Below, piece after piece: positions 38,098-52,022 of a DNA stretch of 64,000 bases. Origin of the DNA: Glaucostegus cemiculus (lineage: Eukaryota); the NCBI GenBank assembly GCA_976551045.1, contig CDPCPM010000263.1:3906001-3970000 (forward strand), given 5' to 3'. The position numbers and the translations under genes were made by a program. The notes under the pieces were generated by a model, which was given only the letters and a program-made list of their open reading frames with translations, was not told where the DNA came from and did no database searches. Every line of letters starts with the position of its first letter. Positions within the stretch are counted from its first letter, which is position 1.

Positions 38098-39619
38098 GAA
38101 AACAAAAATCCTGGAAGTAACTGAATTGCTCTTTAAAAGTGACAGTGGGAACAAGATTGGGCAAATCATTTATATTATTCTCTGATAAACTCAAGGGTCA
38201 AGATTCTGTCACAGACAAAGACCACAGATAGAAAATACTGCCTTAGAAGTTGAATAACCTCACTAATTTTTAAAATTACACTCATTGTACCAGTGGCAAG
38301 TGATCAGATTATTGAAGGAAGTGCCCAATGGATTTTTAAAAAAAATCAATTCACCTGTTTTTCTTTTCAAGAACAGTAACCATTGCCAATTGGGATTGAG
38401 CTAAAGGGAATACTCGAGATACAGTCTACATCTTCCAGAACGCCAAACACTCTGGGGGAAAGACTGTTACCATCCACCTGATCTATGCCTCTCATAAGTT
38501 TAAACATTGCTAAGGTCACCTTTCATTCTCCTACTATTAGTAGGAACAAAATATTTCATTCAGAATCATTTACGTTATAATGAGATTGCAATCTTACTAT
38601 CACTTTTACTGATAAAGATGCTTAAATAATGACATGACTCAATTTTCTTCACTGACTTCTCTGGCTGCATCCTGGTAATATGGTTGTAAATTGAGACTCA
38701 CTGGGCATTTTGAATGAGACTTAAAAATTTTCATTTTGGTATTAAGAGTTTTTTTGCTCCTCAGGGCCCATGGTACCTACAAGTGATACTTGTAAATACA
38801 AGTTTGTAAAGTTTAATAAACTTAAGATGCACTAAATTTATTCTACAGTAGACCAGCAAGAGGTGTGACAAACATTAATTAGCTCTGCTAAAGCTTTGAA
38901 GCATAGCATTAAAACTTATTAGGGAAACTCACTCTTGACAGACCTTCCAGTGACAAGTTATCTTGCCTGTATTCCTGTCAATGTATATGTTTTTCTGTAC
39001 AGCAGAGGCTCAGAATGGGGAGGAATATCAATCACCAGCTTTTGAAGGAAATGCTATTCTGTGAAGAAAGCTGATTGCAGTGATTACAATAAACAGAGCT
39101 ACATTTAAAAACAAATCACCTAAAGAGTATCAGGCAGTATAGTCTTTGTTTGTAATGGTTCTGTAACTACATGCTCACTGTACATCAAATTTAATCTGTT
39201 CAGCTACCAATAGGGATGTACAATCACAAATGATACTGGTGTAATTGCTTTATAATCAGGGCAGTGTACATTAGAGACAGTTACACTAAAATTGTGGCTG
39301 TGAAATAGTTTCTGCAAGACAGAAACTGTATATCATATCAAGATGAAATTCATTTAAGAATAACTGTTCACTTGCAAGTCAAACATGCAGCCACACACTG
39401 TTTCACTAAAATTTACCAGCAATTTATTTGAAACATAGGCATTTGTTATGAATTTAGCCCATTGGTAAATAAAACAAAAATCACCTTCATCCTGTATCTC
39501 TGGTAACTGCCCTGAAAGTACTTGAATCCCATTTCAGCTTCACAGTGAACAGTAAATTTGTGGGAAAAGTTGCACTAATCAGAGGAACTTGATTAGTTGG
39601 AGATAATTTAGAAAGCTTT

Positions 39620-41030
39620 AGATGCTGGAAATCAAAAATAAAAACAGAAAATGCTGGACTCAACAGATCATCCCACATCTACAGGAAAAGAAACAGTTAA
39701 CATTTCAGATCCCCTTCACCAGAACTAGGAAGGGGAGAAGTTTGTTAAGCAGCAGGGAAGGTGGGAAGTCTTTGATGGGTGACCATGGGGATAAACTATA
39801 AACAACTAAAAGGTGTGCGTGTGGGGGGGGGGGGGGGGGTGGTTGAAAGACATTCTAACTTTGAACAATTTCTCCTGCAATTCCACTTTCTCCAGATCAA
39901 AAGGTATAACTATGTGCCCAAGCTATTCCTGTCTTTTTGTGAGATACATAGAAGAGATTTTTCTTCATCCTTCCCAAGCCCACTCCATTCACCTTTTTCA
40001 GTACATGACTGCATTGGTGTTGCTTCGTGTACTCACACAGAACTCAACTATTTCATTAATTTTCCTGCCAATTTCCACCCTGCTCTTGCCTTCACACTAC
40101 CTGATTCCTCCCTTTCAGGATCTGTTCCACCTCAGGAGTCAGGCTAGCTGCTAACATCTACAAGAAGCCTAACTCCTGCTACTATTCCTACTACTCTTCA
40201 TCCAAACTTGCCTCCTGTAAGTACTCCATTCCTTTCTCCCAGTTTCCATCTTCATTGTATTTGCTGAGACTTTTCAGAGGTGTCTTCCTTCTCTCTGAAC
40301 CATAGCTATCTTCAAAGTCCTTGAGCATATCTTATCTATTTCCTGCACTTTTACTCTAAACACATCCACCCCCCCCCCCTTTCTAGGACAGAATTACCCT
40401 ATTACCCTGGTTCACAGCTTCTACCCCATCAGCCTCCATATTCCCACCACCAGATAAATCTCCCCCATTCAGCATTCTTCAGGGACCATTCCCTTCATGA
40501 CTTCATCAAATCTTCTGCTCCCTGCAACCACCACCCCTTCAACAGCAATTTCCCTTGCAATTGCAGGCAATACTTGTTCTTTCACTTCTTTCCTTCCCAC
40601 TACCCAGGGAACACATGATCTCATCACCCACCTGAAATATCGGATCCTACAACTTCAGATAACTTGATTTTTCTGCATTTATCAGTTGTCCATTTGTGAT
40701 ATTTGCTCAGCTTTTGTCACCTTATTTTTCTCTGGAATTGGAGGACCTGCCAGGCATGTCTTCCTACTCTGCATTTTGCAACTCCTATATTCTCTTTATG
40801 TTCTCAATCTAATTGCTCCCAGCCACTTATTGACCACATAATCTTGTTTTCAGCTTATCCTCATAGGGTAAGACCAAGTGACAATCAGATATTCTTGCCT
40901 CCACCCCGCCCCAAAAAAAATTCCTGAAGCTTAACAAGCCAGTTCTGAAGGATCTTCCACTTGAAATGTTAACCCTTTCTCTTCCCACATATACTAACCT
41001 GACCTGCTGAGCATTTCCTGCAAATTTTTA
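39620..41030 (+). mobile_element. Decayed Penelope-like element with inverted terminal pLTR-derived arms
   Basis: KGITMCPSYSCLFVRYIE resembles the PLE RT motif GxxMGPSYACLFVGYVE; ends (39620-39720 and 40940-41030) are reverse-complement members of the dispersed palindromic family. Confidence 0.72.
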
Positions 41031-44000
41031 AGATTTTAGTTTGAGTTTGTAGTCAGTTTGTTAGTTCAAGAATCTTTTGGAAATCTGCAAATTGGCACAT
41101 AAAAAATTATGAACTTTAATTCACTGTTTTGCACAGTATATCATTCAATTATATTTTATTTAAATAAAGCAAATGTCAGTGCCATAACAATACACTTATT
41201 TTACAAAGGAGAATGTCGCACAGAGTGAGAATTGAAAAGGTGAAATTTATGTTAAGAACCAAGCTCAGGCAAGTACTCTGTACCATTATGGCCACATTTT
41301 AAAAAGGATAATGGAAAATTGCTACAAATATTAACTTACAGGTAGTAAGAGATTATAGCTATCAGAAAAGACTAAACTGACTGGAGTTCTTTACTCCTGA
41401 ACTCATTTGAATGAAGAAAACAATGGTTCTGCTTTTGGGGAATCTAATAATAGGAATCACAATTCTTGTAAGGTATTCAGAATCTTCTTTATCCAATGCA
41501 GGATAGGGAAAACTATTTATGTATAAACAGTGACAAGTGATGCAAATGGAATTGAAGGTCTTAAGAATATTGGCATTGACAATCTTAGCCAAATGACCCG
41601 CATCAGTGTTTCACTTCCATGTACCCTACTCATCATCCAGTGGCACAAGGTATTATCCAGTAACCATCAATGTAGCGTAGTTCCCATGCAATCCTGGGCT
41701 TTGCTATTATTTACCTGGAACTTCAGCAGGGCATCAGATACTCTGCAATCCTGGGAGCAGCTGTTGATGCTGAACAAGAGAAGAAAATATAGAAACATGA
41801 CAGCTAGGTTACAACTGCAAAGAATTGAAATGTGTGTGAAGGTCTCAAAAGTGCATCTTGGTCTCCAGAGAAAACCTAAACTTGCACAATCAGAAAAGCA
41901 CACCATCTTAGATGCTATAATTCTGAAATAAAAACATAACTTCACATTCAGCAGAATGAGGCAATGGTTTCAGGTTAATATATCTGTGGTGTTTTGCTTT
42001 TCAATTCCTGGCCTGTTCTTGCAATAATTTAGCCCCCACTCCCACAGATGATTTCCAATCTACTTAGCTTTCCCACAATTATTTCAGATTCCAGTAACTA
42101 TATTGCACAGTCCTAATACCATGACCCTCCCCGTTCTTCATAATTTATATCTCCCAGCAGATTTATTGCCCTTAACATGCCTTTTCTGCTGTCACCACCC
42201 ATTTTCTCTTGATTGCCACCATTAAGTCTTTGTGTCCCAGCCTTCCTCCTCCTCTACAACTTAAACCATTGACTGCTTCCCTCTCCACAGATGCTGCCTA
42301 GATTTTCCACTTTTATGCGCGAGAACAGTAGATGCAGTGGTGAAATACTTGCTCCATTGTGCACAATAATTTAAGCAGCCATGTTTTCCTGTAAAAATAA
42401 TTTTAAATGTGGCCTGATTTTACCATTTCATTTTTGTAGATTATCTCAAATTCCAATCGCTCCTGCAAATGGTCTACAAAGCATTCAGCATTTTCCTCCA
42501 TAATGCATGGAGGAAGAAATTTTGAAACTACATGAAGACATAGCTATGGTTAGATAAGCAAGTTTGCTATCATTAAACAAAGTTTTCAAAAGGTCACTTA
42601 AAACATTATCACATTTCAAAATTACTTCATTGGAAAAGCACTTTAGCTCATTTTTCCACAATGAAAACCACACCAACTCCAGTTCTTCAGGGCAGTGTCT
42701 AAATTACATTTGGCTCATCTTGCTTTGAATCCATTTGTGCAACATTATAAACCAAAGATACAAAGTTGAGCTTTTTACCTGATAGAATTTCAGGCAAATT
42801 CTTGGAAATGTAAGTCAGTAAGTTGTTTTATTTAATAGAAAATGAGAACATTATTGACATAAATAAATAAATGTATTTGTGCAACATGTGAACTATGCTT
42901 TCTGTGCATTTTCAAGAGCCTCCTTCCCAAAACTGAGTTATTTTCAAATTGAGTTTCAAAGCTTTAGTACTCAATGTACTGTGACTTCTGAACATCAGAA
43001 GAGACTATGAGCATTGTATAAATCTAATAAACAATTTCATATTTGGAATAACATATAGAGAACTGATCTTAAGGATCAAATTTGGAATTTCCTTTATCCC
43101 CAAAACTGAATGCAACTAATAACTGAAGTAGCATTCATGCCTTTCTCCAAATTTTCAGGAAGTTGATGTTGGAAGCCACAGTAACTTTGGTGATTAAAAA
43201 AAAACCTGCTAGAAATACTTAGGTCAAATAGCACCTGTGTAAATGGAGTTAACACTTCAGGTCAGGAAGAATTTATTCTACCCAGGAAGCTGGCACAGGG
43301 TAGAAAACAATAAAAAGCCAAGTTCTTTAAAAGGACGGAAAACACAAATGTTGGAAGATGCAAAGCAAAATAGATCTGTTAATGAGAAACAAAACAAAAA
43401 TTAGAGAGGTTAAAATGGAAAGACTGTAAAGACGAGACAGTGCCACAGGCTTCATTCAAGCCAAGAACAAGTAACCAAAAACAAGGAATTAAAACTGCAT
43501 GCATCTGGAAGCTTTGTCTCTCATTTGACCAATTTATCTTTAGACTCCAAAGTTTAGTAAATGTCATGAACACCTAGGAGAGACAGTAAGTTTAAAGATA
43601 TGAGAAGTTATGATCTACCTGGAGGGAGTATCAGACTTTACCAAACCACCCAATCAACAGTTAAAAAGAATCTGGATGACATTGCAGCAAATCACTTCCA
43701 AAGCAAAACAAAAATAGTTTCTTCAACCTGGTCCACCGCTCCCCCCCCCCCCCCGGAAAAAAAACCAATGTGTAAATGTTTAATAAGCCACAATTCACAG
43801 TAATAGACAAGCACTTGAATCACCAAGGCACAGAAAGCCAGAGCTTGTGCTGTAAAATGGAATTAGCTGATCATTTCCCCAGACCAACTTTCCCTGACCT
43901 TGAGTCGGTGTAGCTTCCATAATTTCCTACTGAACATCATGAACCAAACTTAAAAGCGGCTTCTCAGTTAAGTGTCTTGTTTGGTGCTAACATTTGAAAA

Positions 44001-47000
44001 TAGAAAGGGTGAATTTCAAAAGATTTTTTTCAGCTACAGTTCATATTTCTGCAAACTTATTGAGAATGCAACAATGCTCCTTTGTGTAGCTGATCTATTT
44101 CCATTTATGGTGACTTGTAAATTAACAAATTATTTACCTTGAAATTTCACATAACTGCTATTGCAATGTTATAGAAGATGCTTTTCTAAAACTGTCAATG
44201 TTTATCCCTGATGTTTTATTGACACAGTTGTTAAACGTCTGAAATAAAAAGGTGTATTGAAGTAAAAGGTGAAGCTAGAAAGGAATAATATACACTAATG
44301 GAGTTGGATGAAGAAAGTTTGGCAAAGCCTCCAATGAAGCACACGGGAATTTTCTTGAGATTGTTTCCTCCCTCCTTTAAACAAGTGGACTATAAGCTAT
44401 AATCCCCATTAAAAGAAACATGCAGAAGATGCTGACTGAAACTACCTCAAAAATTTAAACACCAAAATTCATCTACCAATCTCGAAAGGCAGGTCGCAAG
44501 ACACAGCAGGTCAAGTCTGTTTAACATGGCAATTTCTAACTCAGTCACAAATTAGTCTGTTGGGGCATAGCCCCTAAACTTGCTTTCCAGACAACTGCAA
44601 TTATTTGAATTGCAGGAATTCAAATAACTTAAGTTCACATTTCATCCCTCAGTTCTTTCAGTCAGGGTGATGCCTCCATGGGATGTGGTCAAAAATTTAT
44701 GCTGATGCTGCCCATGATCCCTAATGACTGGACCATGGCACTGAAGGCCTTGGTCCATCAAGCAGAAACTGAATTTGTTACAGCTTTTCAAGTGGTCATC
44801 TGAGCACTTTAAAGTGTGATGGTTTTTGGCCTCCGGTTGTCAGCCTCTTTGCCAACCAAGTCCAGACCCCTCACAAGTTTGTATTCTTCATCTCCCTCTG
44901 ACTTGTTCTCTCTACATTAATACGTCATAGAAAAGGCCCATTGCTCAGCCTTGCAGTATCCCAAAGCAATAGCACTCATCAGTAAAACTCAGAAACCTTG
45001 CTAAAAATCTACTCCCACTATTATTCAGATTGGTCTGATATGACCCTCCCTTAACAAATGCATGCCAGTCCCTCAATCTACAATACCTTGAGAAGGGTGC
45101 TGCTGTCTTTTTAAAAACTACAGCACAGACTGCCTTCCAATCTCCAATGCCACTTTTAGAGCCAAAGACAAATGGAAAATGATTCCCTCTCAACCAGGCA
45201 AAAACTACCAACTTCAATGGTCAATAAACCTTTCACTGGAAAAAGGCTTCTCTCTAATGCAGCACATTAGTGCTGGATGTGGGAAGAAAGAAACCACATC
45301 AGCAAAGATCAATCACCACATCAGCAAAGATCAATCAGGTGATACAGCAAACCTAGGATAAATAACAAACCCTGTCTACTCATGAATTAAGGAGCACTTG
45401 TTAAGTAATCTTTAAATACCTCTTCATCCTAGTTTATTAATTTACATATACCAGTAACCGAAATTGTCACAAGTTCCCACAATATCTATGAAGAATGCTT
45501 TAACTTTCAAGAATTCTAAGTGCATTTCAGCACATTGCAATTCATGCACTAAATCCACAGTGCCAAGCGGCCACTGTTGTTTGGGTGCCCAACTCTTGCA
45601 TTCAAAGCAGCCTTGAATTAAATATTAATGTTTCCATTTACTCACTTTCCATGTAACTGTTTAAACTATCAAGTAAACATATTCAAATGCCAGTTTGTTC
45701 TCACTTTATTAAGTGCCTTTAGCTGTAGCATACACATGATTCTCAGCCAATATTTGCTCAGAAACAAAAAAACTTCAATGCCCTCATGAAAAAAAATGCA
45801 CTCTTCCAGCATCGCTGCTCAAAAGCATGTGGATCCACTACACCTAGTATTGATCTATGCAGAAACTACGTAGATTTTTATCTGTTGTGGAGTTTCTTTT
45901 GAATTAGATTGGATGGGAGTCTAGGTGGTGTAAGAGCAGAAGATTAGTCACAAAATATTTTCAAATGATTACAGCATATCAATCATACATGTAGGGTCCA
46001 GCTGTCTAAAGCATTGCCCCAAATCAGTTTAACTCAAGAAATTACACATTCAGGGAACTTGTGACTTGTAAATTTCTTTGAAAACACTTACCTTTATATT
46101 TTGTTACTACAGGAGGGCATGTCAGTATGAAAGTTATTTTAAATGCATGGCCTTTAAAAGATTTTTCTCACTCTGTAGATTCACAAGAAAACAAAAATAC
46201 TATTTGCTAGTGCCTATCGAAACCCAGCAAAAGATGTTTGCTTCAGAAGCAATATTAGAAACCATGGAACTTAATGTGTTGAAGTGAAGATTTTTAAAAA
46301 TCTTCACAGGGTACAATGGACATTGAAGTTTAACCCTTCACTGCAGGGAATGTGCATGTGATTTGATTGTAGCTACCTATGAATGCTGTTTTAACGATAA
46401 CAGAACATTATAACATTTAAAATCAAAATACAGAGATTTATAGCTTTGAATGGTCAAAATCCTTAGTGGTCAGGCATCTTCTTTATGAATTTTCTTCCAT
46501 AGATATTGCTACTTATAATGCACGTAACTTTCAACAGCTGCAAATCATCTTTCATGAAATTCAACTTCTGTAATTTAGAAATAGTTTTTTTAAATTCCTT
46601 GAAGCGAGAAGCTAAGTTAAACTCTTTGGAGAAATGCTTAACACCAAAAGAGCTCTAAACCAGTGGGGACCTGATTAAAAATGCATTACCTCTTATGGAG
46701 ACATTGATTTTTTGGGTACAATAAGGTGCGATGAATTACAAAAATGGGAGAGAAAAGTACCAGTGAATGAAGTCTTTGAAAGACTTTAAAAATTCTCCTA
46801 GAAAAATGTGTCAATGCCATTAACACAGAAGCCTAACACCTCCAATTTAACTGGACCTCTGTAATTGTCAAAAGAGCTACTTTCCAATTCAAAAGCTCAA
46901 ATTTTAAAGGAACAATGTAATTCTACACTAATCTCATAGTTCAGGCAACATTTTTAAATGTTCATTTTCTATGTCACCTGAACTCAAGAGATTATTAATC

Positions 47001-49079
47001 TACCTCACTACTAGTTATCCTTTTAGATGTGGTTCATTTCCTGGCAACCAACTGCTGTTATCAAAATTCTCAGTAATTGCGTCACAATTGTTAATCCGTC
47101 AGTGTTAACGTCACCACGCATCAACTAATGGAGCACATGGTCATCTCCATCCATGACACCTGCAAAAAAAAGTCCCGAAAGAGTAAAACCACAATTAGCA
47201 TTCGTACTAAATAACTAAATAATTCAAAGGCAACAATCTTACATAATCTAGTTCCAACCATTCACCAGGATTATTGCCTTATAATCACTGCCAGTTATTA
47301 GATAACCAATCCAACTACTTGCACCCACCAAAAAAGAAACTTAAGATTGTGCTCCATAAAATAAAATAGAGCTTTTACTTCCCTTTAAGGGCAAGAAAAT
47401 GTTCAAATTTAAATGGAACTGCTCACCCATTATTGAAAATTTAGGATTCTAACAGCTGGTTCCAGAGCTGAAATAGCTAGTTTTTGGAAGTGATCCCCAA
47501 AGTCAAAAATTCCTTTTTAGACTGAAGACATCATATCATACACTGGTACATCCCCAAGCATTGATCACATTGGATAGAAGCTAAACTAAAAGTTGTTCTT
47601 GTATTGGAGACCTGAAATTTTTTTCATCAATTCCAGTCCAATCAATCCCTTTAATTAAATGAAGGTCTTTGTGTCTAATTTTTATTTAAGCACACTATAA
47701 TGGACCACAGTTGGGGCTGTTTTGATTTGGAGGTTTCAAATGGAAGCAACAGAAGTATTTCTGTCAATTGAATGTCTGAAATAAGGATTGGTGATACAAT
47801 CAAATTCAAAAGATGTTGGGCACAGAAGCTTATTTTAAATATATAGACAATTTATAAGATTAGATGTAAGGAAGTTTATTAGTGGATATTAGGATAGACA
47901 TGGATACAGAGTTGATAAGGGATTAAGCAGATTGCAGATAATGGAATAGAAATTCAAGTTGAATGGGCCAAATGGATGGCCAATTCTATAACTTGGAATG
48001 GAAACAATGCTACAAACCTTGCGGCTTATAGGGCCAAATCTAACTCGGAATAGGCAAGTGAAGGAAATGGTGACAAAAATGGACCCAGCAAATCATGATC
48101 TCCAGCTTTTTTTTGCCTCCCAAGGCAGAAACAAGACCTACTTCCCAGACAGCAGAAACTAAGCAGGGTTCCTTAGACAGCAATCAATAACATGTACAGA
48201 ATGGTCAGGAAAACACCCCAACCACCAAACCAGGACAAGAGTGTGTCAAAATCTACACTTCAACTGCAACAACTTTAACCAATTCCAGTAACTAGTGCTC
48301 CAGATCACAAATGGGCATGGCACAAGTGGATAGGATACGCTGGGAATCACTTGGAGAAAATTTGTTTATGAAGTTTGCTAAAGTAGCCATAACTAAAGAA
48401 ATCCATCAGAATTTATTTCATTACATCAATTGATAGTATCTCAATGACACTGTCCATTTGCTACCTGAATTCTTCCATCTGGTGCACAAATTTTCTTTGG
48501 GCACTAGAGGAGGGCAACAAATATTGAAGTTGTTGATATATCTCAAACTAAAATTTATGTAGATAAAAATATGGGTGACTAAGGTGTCCCATTGCAATGA
48601 ACTTAACCACTGGTAACAAGCTGTTTCACAAGCAAATGCAAGTTTGATTCACCACCCCCCAATGAAAATTTCATCCTTGATGGAAATCTGACACCAGAAT
48701 AGCTGTAAAACAATAAAGACTTAACTCTATCATCCATTATAATAAGAGAACAGCCATGAAAGCACAGCCAAGCTTTCATGCATACATCTGAATGCAAGCA
48801 TGTTGAATTACAAAAGGGTAAAAATAAACAGAGCAAGTGATTCATGTGGCTCAATTCTTGTCTTGTTAAAAAAAATATTTTGGAGGCAGTAACTGCCTAT
48901 TTCAAAAGCAATGAATATTATTGACGTTGAAAAGCACAAAAGATAAATATATTCTTTCTACAGAGGGAGGTACCATTTGCAAAATTTAACACAGATAGTG
49001 TGTAGATCCAGGTCAAAGGATAGATAATACTCTGCTGCAATAAAATGCAAAATAAAAACAGCAACGGCTTTGTTGATCC

Positions 49080-51827
49080 TTTATTAAAATTCACAACATA
49101 CTTTGCTCACCGTGTTTAGTCATTACACTCATCTTGTACGTGCTATCTAATGTCTCAAGGAGAGTGCATACAATATACACAAATGATGCTAACCACAAGA
49201 TGTCTCTACTGCACTTGAATTAAGTGCTTTAGGGACAACTAATGGCAACACATCACATTCTACTTTTCCATCCCTTTGTTAACGAAAGTAACAATTTTCT
49301 GGAGCATATAAAAACTGAAAATCAACCCAAATTAATCCTAAAATGATCATCCCCATCTTTAGTTTTAGAAATCACCATCCATCTGGCAACAGATTTTTGA
49401 TAAGATAAAGTAGGAAAATGCTTTATCAAGTTCTAATATACTTGAGCTGTAAAGCATTTGATTACTCTGAAAAAAGTTAACAATTCAGTGGTGGAATTAC
49501 ACACTATTGTGGATTATCTTGATTTCCTGTTAGTTGTTTCAATTCAATTCCGTACCCAACTAAAGAACTAAACGGGAAACTACCGGCAGGTTCCAGCACA
49601 ACAAATTCAATACTAATACATTACACCCTTGTCAATTAACCAAAATTTAGAATATGAATTTGCATTATAAATGTGCTAATACAACTTGTAAATGAATGGG
49701 AATATATAAAATGCATTTTATTTACAGCATTTGGTGTGAACAGTTTTGGGATTACTTAAGGCTCCTGACAAATTACACAAAACGGAAGCCAAACATCTGT
49801 CCACAAAATAATCAACCCAAACATACAATTAAAAAGTAATTTATTATCAAAATGGATGTTAAACATTAAAGCTTGAGACATAATCTTTTTGGGTCAAAAA
49901 TAAATCAATTTTATCTATTCCCTTAAATTTAGAAATGCATAGCCAATTCATATCTATAACAAACACCCCATAATAAGATACAAAAAAGTTAGATATCACC
50001 CTTGTTAAATTGTTACCAAATCCTGAATGCCGAATCCGTCCAAGAGATTGCTCCAGCGTACCTCTCCTGGTCCTGGGTTCACTCCGTTTACGAAAAAAGG
50101 CAAAAGAAAAAAAAAACTGCCAATCCCACGGGGCATCCATTGAACTCCAACTGATAAAAATAAAATGGAAGGGCTTTTCGAATAGCCAATTGTGGGTATG
50201 AGGGGAAAAACAAAAACAGAAAATAACAAACAAACAAAAGAAAAATCCACAAATACACGGTTTGATTGGGGCAGGAATCCACTCCTACAGCTCCTGGTAA
50301 TATGATCCCGCTCCATGAATCCATGTTATGATCCTCCCTATCCTATCCTCACAATGAATTGAATCCAAAGATCCAGCTCCAAGGATTGGGATCCAATGAG
50401 CCCTCTCCAATCCAAACCTTTAATAACCAGCAAAACCAAAAAAGGAGGCAAACGTTAGATACAACAAACAACAAGGTTTATATGGGATGGGACAGTCATA
50501 GCTGTCATCTGGTCAATATATACAGATGCTTTGACAGATGAACAGCACAAACTGCATCACACCCCTACAGTCAATGTGAAAGTTGTTACATATCTTAACA
50601 AGAAACTTTATTTCACAATACCATTAAAAATGACAACTTACTATTGTAGTTAAGTATTCACTAACCCAACATCATTGTAGCCCACGAATGGGCACATGAT
50701 ATAAGCCTTACACTTAGTTTACTTAGCTACATTAAAGTATGTCTATAGATACTGCTCGGTTTATTTAGAATGTAAATGAAACAAGGGACATGATGTTGGA
50801 CTAGTGGATTTCAATTCAAGCCCTGATAGCATCTACTACACGCACTTCAGTTAGAACAAAATTTACTGGTGCAGTATTTACTTTCATCAATACCTTCATT
50901 TCTAGTTACCACGTGAAATCTAGTAATTGAGTGTACTATACATGTAATTCACCACTTAACTGCATTACAAACTAAATTGATGAATTTTTGATCCAGGTAA
51001 CCAAACTGCTGAAAGACAGCCATTTTACTTTTAATTCTTTTAGAAGTTTGTAAAGTTTTAATTAATGGGACTTCTGCTCAAAATGGTGAAAACCAATGCC
51101 AGACTAGTCACACAGAACATGCAAGCTCAGCAGTATTGATGCTGCACAGAACTTCGTAACGCGGCACAGTAACACCATAGTTTATGGATTATACAACCTC
51201 TTGTACAAAAGAGAAGCACAACTTCAATACTGCCAAGTTTAATTGTGACAATAGCACTTGGAGTCATACCATTGCCTCCATAAATGATCAGATTCCTCCT
51301 CCTCCTCCAATTAGACACGATTTGACATTCCTAATATGACTGAAATGAGCTCCACAATCCTTTAATCCAAAGAATGCTTAATCCATCCTCAGTTGAGATA
51401 TGTCTATAGGAAGATACATGAAAAGGTAAGATAAGGTACAACACAAGGTTTTCACAAACATGTTTCACAATAGCCCTACCTACATAGCCTCCTACAATTC
51501 TTACATTAGGATTTATTCAATTCAAATGAAGTGAAGTATAAACATTAACAAATTACTGCAAACAATTTACTGTTAATCCATGTCATGTTGACACCATTTT
51601 GGAAACTTCCCAAACTCCAAATCTATTCTATCTATACAATTATCAGACCTCAGCAATGACGAGGGAATGTTAACAAAAGAGACTCAACCCTCTGTGTGGT
51701 ATCAATTTAAATTGTGTACTAAACTTGAATAAAACAAGTTAACGTGGATTTAAAAATAAAGAATCCATTCTATTTAAGGAAAAAAGTGGTGGTGTTCTAC
51801 AAGAAATTCCAGCAATGGATTTACAAT
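49080..51827 (-). other. SRSF1: SRSF1 3'UTR with conserved blocks and candidate poly(A) signals
   Basis: No recognisable repeats; blocks near 51230-51435 and 50030-50430 resemble the human SRSF1 3'UTR as recalled; minus-strand AATAAA at 50612-50607, 49845-49840, 49722-49717 and 49085-49080. True 3' end unknown. Confidence 0.75.
50418..51269 (-). other. SRSF1: Alternative 3'UTR intron of SRSF1 (NMD-triggering when spliced)
   Basis: Donor CAATG|GTATGA at 51269, acceptor TTTTTGGTTTTGCTGGTTATTAAAG|GTTTGGATTGGAGAGGG at 50418; junction lies 558 nt downstream of the stop. Confidence 0.8.
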
Positions 51828-52022
51828 CTAGCTACGAGAGCGCGATCTGCTATGACGGGGTGAGTAGCGGGGAGATCCTCTGCTTCGTCTGGGAGAGTAA
51901 CTACGGCTTCTGCTGCGACTTCGGCTACGGCTTCTGGTTCGACTGCGGCTACGTGAACGAGATCTTCCATAGCTTGGACTTCTTGGACCATCAACTTTCA
52001 CATGGATATATGCTGTTTCTCC
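51828..52022 (-). CDS. SRSF1: SRSF1 coding exon 4 (RS domain, TAG stop)
   Basis: Acceptor TTCAATAG|GGA; [64 protein letters not shown]; total CDS 753 nt = 250 aa. Not in the ORF track on this strand. Confidence 0.98.
   Translation of the reverse strand, partial: GETAYIHVKVDGPRSPSYGRSRSRSRSRTRSRSRSRSRSRSYSPRRSRGSPRYSPRHSRSRSRS

Noticed and set aside
37698-43755. Isolated poly-C/poly-G runs (about 37699, 39823, 40370, 43741) as VEZF1 binding sites
   Set aside because: Simple homopolymers with no supporting context; lengths are also error-prone in assemblies.
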